From the NCBI RefSeq assembly GCF_009734345.1, contig NZ_CP032551.1:930001-962000 (forward strand): a DNA stretch of 32,000 nt, read 5' to 3'. The position numbers and the translations under genes were made by a program. The DNA comes from Pseudidiomarina andamanensis. Its GTDB lineage: Bacteria; Pseudomonadota; Gammaproteobacteria; Enterobacterales; Alteromonadaceae. Positions 24,819 to 32,000 of the stretch are shown piece by piece; position 1 is the stretch's first letter; every line of letters begins with the position of its first letter. The notes beneath the pieces are model-generated. The model was not told the origin of the DNA and ran no database searches. It was given only the letters and a program-made list of their open reading frames with translations.

Positions 24819-26378
24819 ATGACGCAAGCCTCACAACCTACTGAAAAGCGCGGCGCATTTACGCGTTTTCTCGACACTGTCGAATGGCTCGGTAACCTTC
24901 TACCTCATCCTATTACCTTATTTGCGTTATTTGCGTTAGGTATCGTCATTCTTAGCGGAATCGCCAGTTACTTTGGCCTGAGTGCGCAAGATCCGCGCCC
25001 AGGTGGGGAAATAATCGAAGTTGTCAGCTTGCTCAATGCTGAAGGCTTGCAACGCATTGTCACCGGCTTGGTTACCAATTTCACCGGTTTTACCCCGCTT
25101 GGCACCGTATTAGTGGCTTTACTTGGTGTTGGTATTGCTGAACGATCAGGCATGCTTTCAGCCGCAATGCGCGGTTTAGTGATGAACGCACACCCGCGTG
25201 CGGTTACCGTTGCCGTTGTATTTGCTGGTGTCGTTTCAAATACGGCTGCGGAACTAGGTTACGTGGTGCTCGTGCCACTTGCCGCCATGATTTTCCATTC
25301 ACTTGGCCGCCACCCACTTGCCGGTCTAGCTGCCGCGTTCTCAGGAGTTTCGGCTGGTTACAGTGCGAACCTACTGATTGGTACCGTCGACCCGCTCCTA
25401 GCTGGTATCACCACCAAAGCAGCGAACATTATTGACCCTGAATATTATGTTGGCCCAGAAGCGAACTGGTATTTCATGTTCATTTCAACGTTCCTAATTG
25501 CCATCATGGGTACCGTTGTTACCGAAAAAATCGTTGAACCAAAACTTGGTAAATATAATCCGAAAGAAGCGTCTATTAATTTAAGCGAACAAAAAATTGA
25601 AGCACTTACTTCAATCGAGAAGAAAGGTTTAATCGGCGCTGGCCTTAGTTTCTTGGTGTTAGGTATTTTGCTAGCTCTGACGATTGTTCCTGAATGGGGC
25701 ATTCTGCGTAACCCTGAAACTGGTGAAGTAGCGGGCTCGCCGTTCCTAAAAGGTATCGTTGCCTTTATCTTTATTACCTTTGCTGTTCCTGGTTACGTCT
25801 ACGGGCGCATTACCAAGGTCATGCGTAGCGACCGCGATGTTATTGATGCAATGTCTGAAAGCATGAGCACCATGGGCATGTATATTGTTCTCGTATTTTT
25901 TGCCGCGCAGTTTGTTGCTTTCTTTGGCTGGACGAACTTTGGTAGCATTCTCGCCATTAAGGGTGCAACCTTCTTGCAAGAAGTTGGTTTAACCGGGCCA
26001 TCAGTATTCGTCTTATTCATTTTGATGTGTGCTTTCGTGAACCTCATGCTAGGTTCAGCATCAGCACAATGGGCTATCACCGCACCAATTTTCGTGCCAA
26101 TGCTCATGCTGATCGGCTACGCCCCAGAGGTCATCCAAGCCGCCTATCGTATTGGTGACTCGGTTACTAATATCATTACCCCAATGATGAGTTACTTTGG
26201 TCTGATACTAGCCGTGGCTGTTCGCTATAAGAAAGATACTGGTATCGGTACGATGATTGCGATGATGCTGCCATACACCATTGTATTCTTGCTGGGTTGG
26301 GCGAGTTTGTTCTTCTTGTGGGTTTTCGCGTTAGATATGCCGGTGGGCGTCAACACCCCAACCTACTACACCCCGTAA
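24819..26378 (+). CDS. AbgT-family transporter (p-aminobenzoyl-glutamate / antimetabolite efflux family)
   Basis: 519 aa, polytopic. The N-terminal FTRFLDTVEWLGNLLPHP is typical of AbgT/MtrF proteins. Confidence 0.85.
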   Translation: MTQASQPTEKRGAFTRFLDTVEWLGNLLPHPITLFALFALGIVILSGIASYFGLSAQDPRPGGEIIEVVSLLNAEGLQRIVTGLVTNFTGFTPLGTVLVALLGVGIAERSGMLSAAMRGLVMNAHPRAVTVAVVFAGVVSNTAAELGYVVLVPLAAMIFHSLGRHPLAGLAAAFSGVSAGYSANLLIGTVDPLLAGITTKAANIIDPEYYVGPEANWYFMFISTFLIAIMGTVVTEKIVEPKLGKYNPKEASINLSEQKIEALTSIEKKGLIGAGLSFLVLGILLALTIVPEWGILRNPETGEVAGSPFLKGIVAFIFITFAVPGYVYGRITKVMRSDRDVIDAMSESMSTMGMYIVLVFFAAQFVAFFGWTNFGSILAIKGATFLQEVGLTGPSVFVLFILMCAFVNLMLGSASAQWAITAPIFVPMLMLIGYAPEVIQAAYRIGDSVTNIITPMMSYFGLILAVAVRYKKDTGIGTMIAMMLPYTIVFLLGWASLFFLWVFALDMPVGVNTPTYYTP

Positions 26379-26381
26379 AGG

Positions 26382-26520
26382 CGTTACTCGTTGTTCGTTA
26401 TTCGTTATTCGTTATTCGTTATTCGAAACAGCTAAATACGAAACAAAAAAACCTCCGGTGTACCAAGTGCACGGAGGTTTTTCTTTTTCACGAACAACCA
26501 ATAACGAGTAACGAATAACG
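26382..26520. repeat. Heptamer-built palindromic intergenic element enclosing a bidirectional terminator
   Basis: The left arm is six tandem heptamers (cgttact cgttgtt cgttatt x4) at 26382-26423. The centre holds the hairpin acctccggtg...cacggaggt with A- and T-runs (about 26444-26486). The right arm cacgaacaaccaataacgagtaacgaataacg (26489-26520) is the inverted heptamer array. Confidence 0.85.
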
Positions 26521-26527
26521 TTGCTCT

Positions 26528-27709
26528 TCAGCGCAGGAGGCGATAGATGATGAGCGCCGTCAAACCACAGCCCCCCATCACAAACACCATCGCCAACTCA
26601 TGCTGATGCCCCAATACATTCACCAACGCCGAAATAATGCCTGCAATCAAAAACTGAAGGCTTCCCGTGACTGCTGAGGCTGAACCGGCTCGCTCTTGCT
26701 GCTCAGCGAGTGCTCCAGCCATCGCATTGGGAAATACCATACCCAAGGTACTGATATACAGGAATAATGGCACTAGCACGCCAACTAACCCGAAGTTATT
26801 CCAACCAGCGACAATCAGAAGCACGGATACGACACCAAGTATCGGCAATGATTTGTTGAGGATTTTGCGCGAATCGCGGCGACGAAGAATCCAAGCGTTT
26901 AATTGCGCCATTCCGATAATGCCAACAGCGTTCGCACCAAATAACCAACTGTAATGCGTCGGCGAGAGGCCAAAATGGTCAATAAAAACCAGTGGTGAGG
27001 CGGTGATGTAGGCAAATAGACCCGATTGCGCGATACCGCCACTTAAGGAATATCGTAAGAAACTCGGATCGCGCAAAACGCTCCAATAAATTGGCAAGCT
27101 TGACCGAATTCTTACGGCTGTATTCGGTGCGCGAGTTTCGGGTAAACGCACATGAACAATCGCGAGACATGCCACAGCAAGGCTTGCCACAATAATGAAT
27201 ATCGATTGCCAGCCCCATGCTGCAGTGACATAGGCACCCGCTAATGGCGCGAGTATTGGCGCAATTCCCATCACCAAAATTAAGAAGCTAAATACTTGCG
27301 CAGAAGCCTGTGGTGTATATAAATCTCGCACCATGGCGCGAGCAATCACAAGCCCCGCACAAGAGCCAATGGCTTGCAAAAAGCGCAACACGATTAAGCT
27401 CTCGAGATTCGGTGCGTAGGCGCAAGCTATTGATGTGGCCACGTATAACACAATGCCGAAATATAATGGCGGCTTGCGGCCAAACCGATCTGACGCAGTA
27501 CCGTAAAGCAGCTGACCTATGAAGAGCCCAAGGAAAAACGAAGTCAGAGATAATTCAACCCGATTTGATTCAGTGGAGAAACTTGCGGCAATATCGCCAA
27601 AAGCTGGCAGATACATATCAATGGATAACGGCCCGAAGGCCGTTAATAAGGCAAGAACGATAACTGTTAAATCAAACCGTGCTTTGTCGGAAACGTTATA
27701 AACTGTCAT
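26528..27709 (-). CDS. Bcr/CflA-family MFS drug efflux transporter
   Basis: 393 aa, 12-TM pattern. GPLSIDMYLPAFGDIAASF and DRFGRKPPL are motifs typical of the Bcr/CflA subfamily. Confidence 0.85.
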   Translation of the reverse strand: MTVYNVSDKARFDLTVIVLALLTAFGPLSIDMYLPAFGDIAASFSTESNRVELSLTSFFLGLFIGQLLYGTASDRFGRKPPLYFGIVLYVATSIACAYAPNLESLIVLRFLQAIGSCAGLVIARAMVRDLYTPQASAQVFSFLILVMGIAPILAPLAGAYVTAAWGWQSIFIIVASLAVACLAIVHVRLPETRAPNTAVRIRSSLPIYWSVLRDPSFLRYSLSGGIAQSGLFAYITASPLVFIDHFGLSPTHYSWLFGANAVGIIGMAQLNAWILRRRDSRKILNKSLPILGVVSVLLIVAGWNNFGLVGVLVPLFLYISTLGMVFPNAMAGALAEQQERAGSASAVTGSLQFLIAGIISALVNVLGHQHELAMVFVMGGCGLTALIIYRLLR

Positions 27710-29430
27710 TGTTCAGCCGCTCGATAGCTTTGTGTGCTATGCGAATTCGGCCGTTTTATTGTTTTTATTTTGCGGGCCCAATCAACAAATGATTGTGCGT
27801 AATTAACATACGTATCTGTGGTACGCCCCTGTTCTGATAAGTCACCTAACAACGCCCAACCATCATTCCCTGAAGCCAAGAAACTATTCGTGATCATAGT
27901 GTACATGTGGTCGGCCTGAATTGGTTGCCAACCATTCTCGGTAACGACTTCGAGTGCGCTAATGCGTTGTCCGTCAGCAGCACTCATATCTACGTTAAAG
28001 CGAATATCAGCGCCGTGCGGATAGGCACCATCGGAACCACCCGCAGAAATAGCATATGCCAACGCTTGCTCAAGTACTTGCTTCACTTCGCGCCCTGTAA
28101 TTTGAACTTCAACTAGCGTGTTGGCAAACGGTAGCAAACTATATGCATCAGCAACGGTAAACTCACCGGCGGTGATTTCACGACGAACCCCACCACCGTT
28201 TTGCAAAGAAAAATCTGCTTGCGGTGCACTCGCCAAGAACGCCTCGGCTACCACGCGGTGAGCATCGGACTGACGCCCTACCCCGCATTCAGCTGATAGC
28301 ATTAGCCCCATACGTTTCAGGCAGAGACGCTGTTCAACATTCGCAATCACTTGTAAGGTGAGTTCATCAAGCTTCGTGCGATATCGGTCTAACAAGGCTT
28401 CCGCCTCTGCATTTGGCGCAACAGCAGCAAATTGAGGAATTTTTTGAATGGCTGCAGGTGCATCTTCGGCAACCAAGAAATGAGCTTGTCCGCCACAATC
28501 ACTGACGTGGTCACCTGCAAAATTGATATCGAGCTCGCCAACCACCTGACTATATTGCCACGCATGGGCAATACATACAGCGTCACCATCGGCATTGGTT
28601 ACTTGCATCGGATAAGGGCCAACACTCGGCAAGCCATAGCGACCAAAATCGCCAAGCAATGTGTGCGAATCACCGCCAATAATAAAATCTACCGCTGGCA
28701 GGCGCTCAGCCAACTCCAGATCGTTGCGATATTGAATGTGCGTCAATAAACCAATCTTTTCGATACCCAAACCGCGAAGTTCATCAATGTAGTATTTTGC
28801 GGTTTCATACTCATCCGCAAATACGGTGGTTTTATCGGGTTGCGATGAGTTCTTCGTTTTAATGGCAATATCCAGACCAATCACGCCAACGCGCTCGCCA
28901 CCCACGTTATAAACCGCATAAGGCTTAAAGCTATCCCAGCGCGTTTTTTCCGTTAGTGGCGATACACCCACTTCAGGTTGCACGTTGGCACCAAGTACGA
29001 CCGTACCGCAGGTACTCATGCCTAAAAAGTCCAAAAATCGTTTGAGCCCTGTATCACCGTTATCAAATTCATGATTCCCTAACGCAAACGCATCAAAGCA
29101 AATCAGGTTCATTAAGGCCGCATCTGCAGCGCCATCAAACAGGGTATAAAACAGCGTACCTGTAATCGCATCGCCGGCATGTAGCGCTAATACGTTGTTT
29201 TGGCTTGCGCGAATATCAGCAATTTTCGTCGCTACACGAGCGAAGCCGCCAGTTTCAACACGATAGGTTTCGCCATCAACGGTCAGCGCAGTGCGCTCCA
29301 TCGGCAATAAATGTGAGTGATGATCGTTCACGTGGGCAATGGTCAGTTCAAATGGCTGCGGCTCAGATAATTGAGCACAGCCCGCCAACATCAAGCTGCT
29401 TACTAAAACAAACACCCAAGCTCTCATCAT
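27706..29430 (-). CDS. Bifunctional metallophosphatase/5'-nucleotidase lipoprotein (UshA-like)
   Basis: 574 aa with lipobox LMLAGC. It carries the calcineurin-like motifs VNDHHSH, GDAITG and GNHEFD, plus a C-terminal 5'-nucleotidase domain. Its stop overlaps the Bcr start (ATGA). Confidence 0.85.
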   Translation of the reverse strand: MMRAWVFVLVSSLMLAGCAQLSEPQPFELTIAHVNDHHSHLLPMERTALTVDGETYRVETGGFARVATKIADIRASQNNVLALHAGDAITGTLFYTLFDGAADAALMNLICFDAFALGNHEFDNGDTGLKRFLDFLGMSTCGTVVLGANVQPEVGVSPLTEKTRWDSFKPYAVYNVGGERVGVIGLDIAIKTKNSSQPDKTTVFADEYETAKYYIDELRGLGIEKIGLLTHIQYRNDLELAERLPAVDFIIGGDSHTLLGDFGRYGLPSVGPYPMQVTNADGDAVCIAHAWQYSQVVGELDINFAGDHVSDCGGQAHFLVAEDAPAAIQKIPQFAAVAPNAEAEALLDRYRTKLDELTLQVIANVEQRLCLKRMGLMLSAECGVGRQSDAHRVVAEAFLASAPQADFSLQNGGGVRREITAGEFTVADAYSLLPFANTLVEVQITGREVKQVLEQALAYAISAGGSDGAYPHGADIRFNVDMSAADGQRISALEVVTENGWQPIQADHMYTMITNSFLASGNDGWALLGDLSEQGRTTDTYVNYAQSFVDWARKIKTIKRPNSHSTQSYRAAEQ

Positions 29431-29451
29431 CCCCCCTCAAAAAACGTGTTT

Positions 29452-29522
29452 CGTTACTCGTTAATCGTTATTCGAAGTTTGTTTCGCTTTCACGAGTAAC
29501 CAATAACGAATAACGAGTAACG
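29452..29522. repeat. Second copy of the heptamer-built palindromic element
   Basis: The left arm is cgttact cgttaat cgttatt (29452-29472). The right arm cacgagtaaccaataacgaataacgagtaacg (29491-29522) is nearly identical to 26489-26520. There is no central terminator hairpin here. Confidence 0.8.
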
Positions 29523-29528
29523 TTGGTT

Positions 29529-30461
29529 TTACTTCACTAAGCCGATTTCGCGGAGACGCTCCATCAAATAATCATGCGAACTGATTGGTTCAAAACGATT
29601 CGGATTCTCTTCCGAAATACAGCTCTCCAACGGCGTGATCATCACGTCTGGGTTGAAGTGCAAGAAGAACGGAATCGAATAACGTGATTTGTGACTGTAT
29701 GGCGCTGGCGGGTTGACCACGCGGTGGGTCGTTGATGGCAACACACCATTGGTTAAACGCTGTAGCATATCGCCAACATTACAGATAATAGCGCCTTCAA
29801 TGATAGTTACCGGAATCCAAGAGCCATCTTTGGCAAGTACTTCTAGGCCTGGCTCACGCGAACCGACTAGTAGTGTCAATACGTTAATGTCTTCGTGAGC
29901 GCCAGCGCGCACTGACGGTGTTCCTTCGTCGATAATTGGTGGGTAGTGAAGTGGGCGTAAAATTGAGTTGCCTAAGTTCACTTTATCGTTAAAGAAATCA
30001 CGTGGCTGTTTTAAGTAAACAGCTAAAGCTTCCAAAACCCGAAGGCCCAAAGCATCTAACGCGTCATATAGCTTCAAAATTTTGGCTTTGAATTCTGGCA
30101 ATTCTTGTGGCCATACATTCGGTGTGAGTTGCGGGAACGGTGGTTCACCATCAATTTCACGCCCCACATGCCAAAACTCTTTTAAATCAACGTGCTTCGC
30201 GTCTTTCGCAATTTCAGTACCAAATGGCGTATAGCCGCGCGCACCGCCACCACCCGGAATGTGATACTGCTTTTTCACGTCTTCAGGAAGCGCAAATAAT
30301 TCGCGGCAGATATCCAACGCATTATCAATCAACTGCTGGTCAATACCATGCTTGGTTAATGCAACAAAACCATTGGTTTCATAGCCTTCACCAACGTGTT
30401 GTGCGAAAGCATCAAAGTTTTGGCCATACAAGCTCATATCAATATGCGGAATGGATTTCAT
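29529..30461 (-). CDS. 2-oxoglutarate/Fe(II)-dependent oxygenase (isopenicillin N synthase-like family)
   Basis: 310 aa. It has the HxD...H facial triad context (GAHEDINVLTLL ... STTHRVVNP) and an N-terminal DIOX_N-like region. Confidence 0.8.
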   Translation of the reverse strand: MKSIPHIDMSLYGQNFDAFAQHVGEGYETNGFVALTKHGIDQQLIDNALDICRELFALPEDVKKQYHIPGGGGARGYTPFGTEIAKDAKHVDLKEFWHVGREIDGEPPFPQLTPNVWPQELPEFKAKILKLYDALDALGLRVLEALAVYLKQPRDFFNDKVNLGNSILRPLHYPPIIDEGTPSVRAGAHEDINVLTLLVGSREPGLEVLAKDGSWIPVTIIEGAIICNVGDMLQRLTNGVLPSTTHRVVNPPAPYSHKSRYSIPFFLHFNPDVMITPLESCISEENPNRFEPISSHDYLMERLREIGLVK

Positions 30462-30622
30462 GAAACGTTTTTCCTAGGGAATGAAGATATCAAAATAGGC
30501 GTATATGCTAAGGATTTTAGCCTGTCTAGACAAGGGTAAATCTTGCGTAAACCGCCTTTTGCTTACAATCTTAAGTTGCTACCGTAATTTGCAGATTCTA
30601 GCAAAAAGTGAGGTAAATCACG

Positions 30623-31198
30623 ATGAAATTGCAACACAGTGTTCTTTCTGTCGCATTATTGACCGCTGGTCTTGCTCTGGCAGGTACCGCAAGTGCACAA
30701 ACGCAACAAAATCAGACCCAACACCAAGGCTATGCAGCCTACAATTATTTCGGTGTCGGTGTTGCTGATCATGACGGCGGCGACAGCATTGTCGTTGAAG
30801 GTTCTTACGAATTCAAATCGCCATATTTCGTGAGCGGTTACTATCGCAATTTTGATAATGATGCGGGCAGTAGCAGTGACGCATTAAGCATTAAACTCGG
30901 TCGCTATTTCTGGCTAAGCAGCGGCTTGACAGCAGATGTTGGCGTACGTGCCGGTCATGTTGATTTCGGCTCTGTCGATAGCAACTTCTGGGGCGTTGAG
31001 GGTAACTTGCGTCAACGCATTGACCAATTTGAATTTTATGGCGGTATTGGTTGGATCGACTACACCGACGCTGGCAGTGATAATCAATACCAATTTGGTG
31101 TGAATTATTACATCGATTCAAACCTATCGGTTGGTGTGGGCTATCAAGATAGTGAATATGGTGATGGTGTTCGCTTCCGCGGTAGTTATCACTTTTAA
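30623..31198 (+). CDS. Small outer-membrane beta-barrel protein
   Basis: Signal peptide MKLQHSVLSVALLTAGLALAGTASA. The sequence shows an alternating amphipathic Gly/Tyr-rich pattern and a C-terminal aromatic residue (SYHF). Confidence 0.75.
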   Translation: MKLQHSVLSVALLTAGLALAGTASAQTQQNQTQHQGYAAYNYFGVGVADHDGGDSIVVEGSYEFKSPYFVSGYYRNFDNDAGSSSDALSIKLGRYFWLSSGLTADVGVRAGHVDFGSVDSNFWGVEGNLRQRIDQFEFYGGIGWIDYTDAGSDNQYQFGVNYYIDSNLSVGVGYQDSEYGDGVRFRGSYHF

Positions 31199-31247
31199 TT
31201 AAATGCGCTATGCTGTGGCACATTGATGATCGTTTTGGAGATTCGTT

Positions 31248-32000
31248 GTGCCGCAGCTTCCTAGCTTTATTCAAATGTATCGCGAACTCGTCGCGATTCC
31301 TTCAGTATCCTGCCTCGACCCAAGTTGGGATACCAGTAACAAGCCCGTTATCGACAAACTGGCAACATGGCTCGAATGTCTCGGCTTTCAAATCGATATT
31401 CATGAACTAGACCACCAGGCTGGTAAATTTAATCTGCTTGCGCATTATATTCCCGAAGGCGCTGAATCTGGCGGCTTAATGTTGGCTGGACACACCGATA
31501 CAGTGCCATGGGATGAAGGCCGCTGGACACAAGACCCATTTAAACTACGTGAAGACAACGGTCGCTTATATGGGCTAGGCACAGCTGATATGAAGGGCTT
31601 TTTTGCATTCGTGATTGAGGCATTGCGCAGCACTGACCTCCGCCAATTGAAAAAGCCATTGTATATTCTTGCCACCGCCGATGAAGAAACCACCATGGCA
31701 GGCGCCCGCGAACTTGACGCTTTTGGTCACTTGAAGCCTGATTTTGCAGTGATTGGCGAACCAACCTCGATGACCCCAGTGGTTACCCACAAAGGTCACA
31801 TGACCGAAGCCGTGCGTATCACGGGTAAGTCAGGGCACAGCTCAAATCCTGCGGCTGGTATCAACGCCATTGAAATCATGCATGATGTCATAACTGAGCT
31901 GCGTGGCATTCAAAAAGAATTCCAACAGCGTTATCACGACGATGCATTCGAAGTACCCTACCCAACACTAAACTTCGGTGCCATTCATGGCGGTGACGCC
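31248..32000 (+). CDS. argE: Acetylornithine deacetylase, N-terminal 251 codons (runs off the window end)
   Basis: Not in the track because the frame is open-ended. GTG 31248 has a ggag SD 7 nt upstream. My translation includes [79 protein letters not shown] and [15 protein letters not shown], which is nearly colinear with E. coli ArgE. Confidence 0.9.
   Translation, partial: MPQLPSFIQMYRELVAIPSVSCLDPSWDTSNKPVIDKLATWLECLGFQIDIHELDHQAGKFNLLAHYIPEGAESGGLMLAGHTDTVPWDEGRWTQDPFKLREDNGRLYGLGTADMKGFFAFVIEALRSTDLRQLKKPLYILATADEETTMAGARELDAFGHLKPDFAVIGEPTSMTPVVTHKGHMTEAVRITGKSGHSSNPAAGINAIEIMHDVITELRGIQKEFQQRYHDDAFEVPYPTLNFGAIHGGDA

Noticed and set aside
26382-26425. Possible CRISPR array or other spacer-containing repeat
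   Set aside because: The repeat unit is only 7 nt, the units are contiguous with no spacers, and no cas genes are in the window.
26297-26518. 73-aa ORF in the track spanning the abgT 3' end, the heptamer repeats and the terminator
   Set aside because: Its sequence (LLVVRYSLFVIRYS...) is simply the translated CGTTATT repeats. It runs through an intrinsic terminator hairpin and has no SD. It is non-coding repeat DNA.

Overview
The window looks like a gammaproteobacterial chromosome, probably a marine Alteromonadales-like organism (weak inference from gene content and the tmRNA tag ANDDNYALAA). About 21 kb is ordinary housekeeping DNA. On the left are a partial serine hydrolase, an aspartic protease, a permease, yjdM and SOS-regulated yebG. 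On the right are a subtilisin, a lipoprotein, a GNAT-C39 fusion, purMN, fadE with a FadR box, an AbgT transporter, a 5'-nucleotidase/Bcr operon, a 2OG oxygenase, an OMP and argE.

Between yebG and a complete tmRNA gene (ssrA, 14879..15238, minus) lies about 10.6 kb of largely AT-rich accessory DNA. It is bounded and subdivided by three direct copies of a ~68-bp repeat made of the last 26 nt of ssrA plus its terminator (4211-4280, 11652-11720, 14838-14904). I read this as a tandem array of decayed integrative islands.

The array carries:
- two differently inactivated copies of one tyrosine integrase;
- a divergent type II R-M pair: an m5C methyltransferase with an N-terminal HTH extension, and a MutH/MvaI-BcnI-like endonuclease with an extra N-terminal domain;
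- a DUF2971 gene and an AbiGi-like gene flanking the R-M pair;
- several uncharacterised membrane-protein genes.

The best candidates for an undescribed (defence or abortive-infection type) system are:
1. The ATGA-coupled two-gene cassette 11820..13357 (291-aa soluble protein plus 221-aa four-TM protein), which is the only substantial cargo of the ~3.1-kb ssrA-proximal island.
2. The 2-TM protein plus AbiGi-like pair (9797..11166) immediately downstream of the restriction gene.
3. The 336-aa membrane protein whose start overlaps the stop of the older integrase remnant.

Outside the island, two copies of an unusual palindromic element built from tandem CGTTAYT heptamers bracket the 5'-nucleotidase/Bcr operon.

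All functional calls come from motif recognition by eye. No database search was possible.
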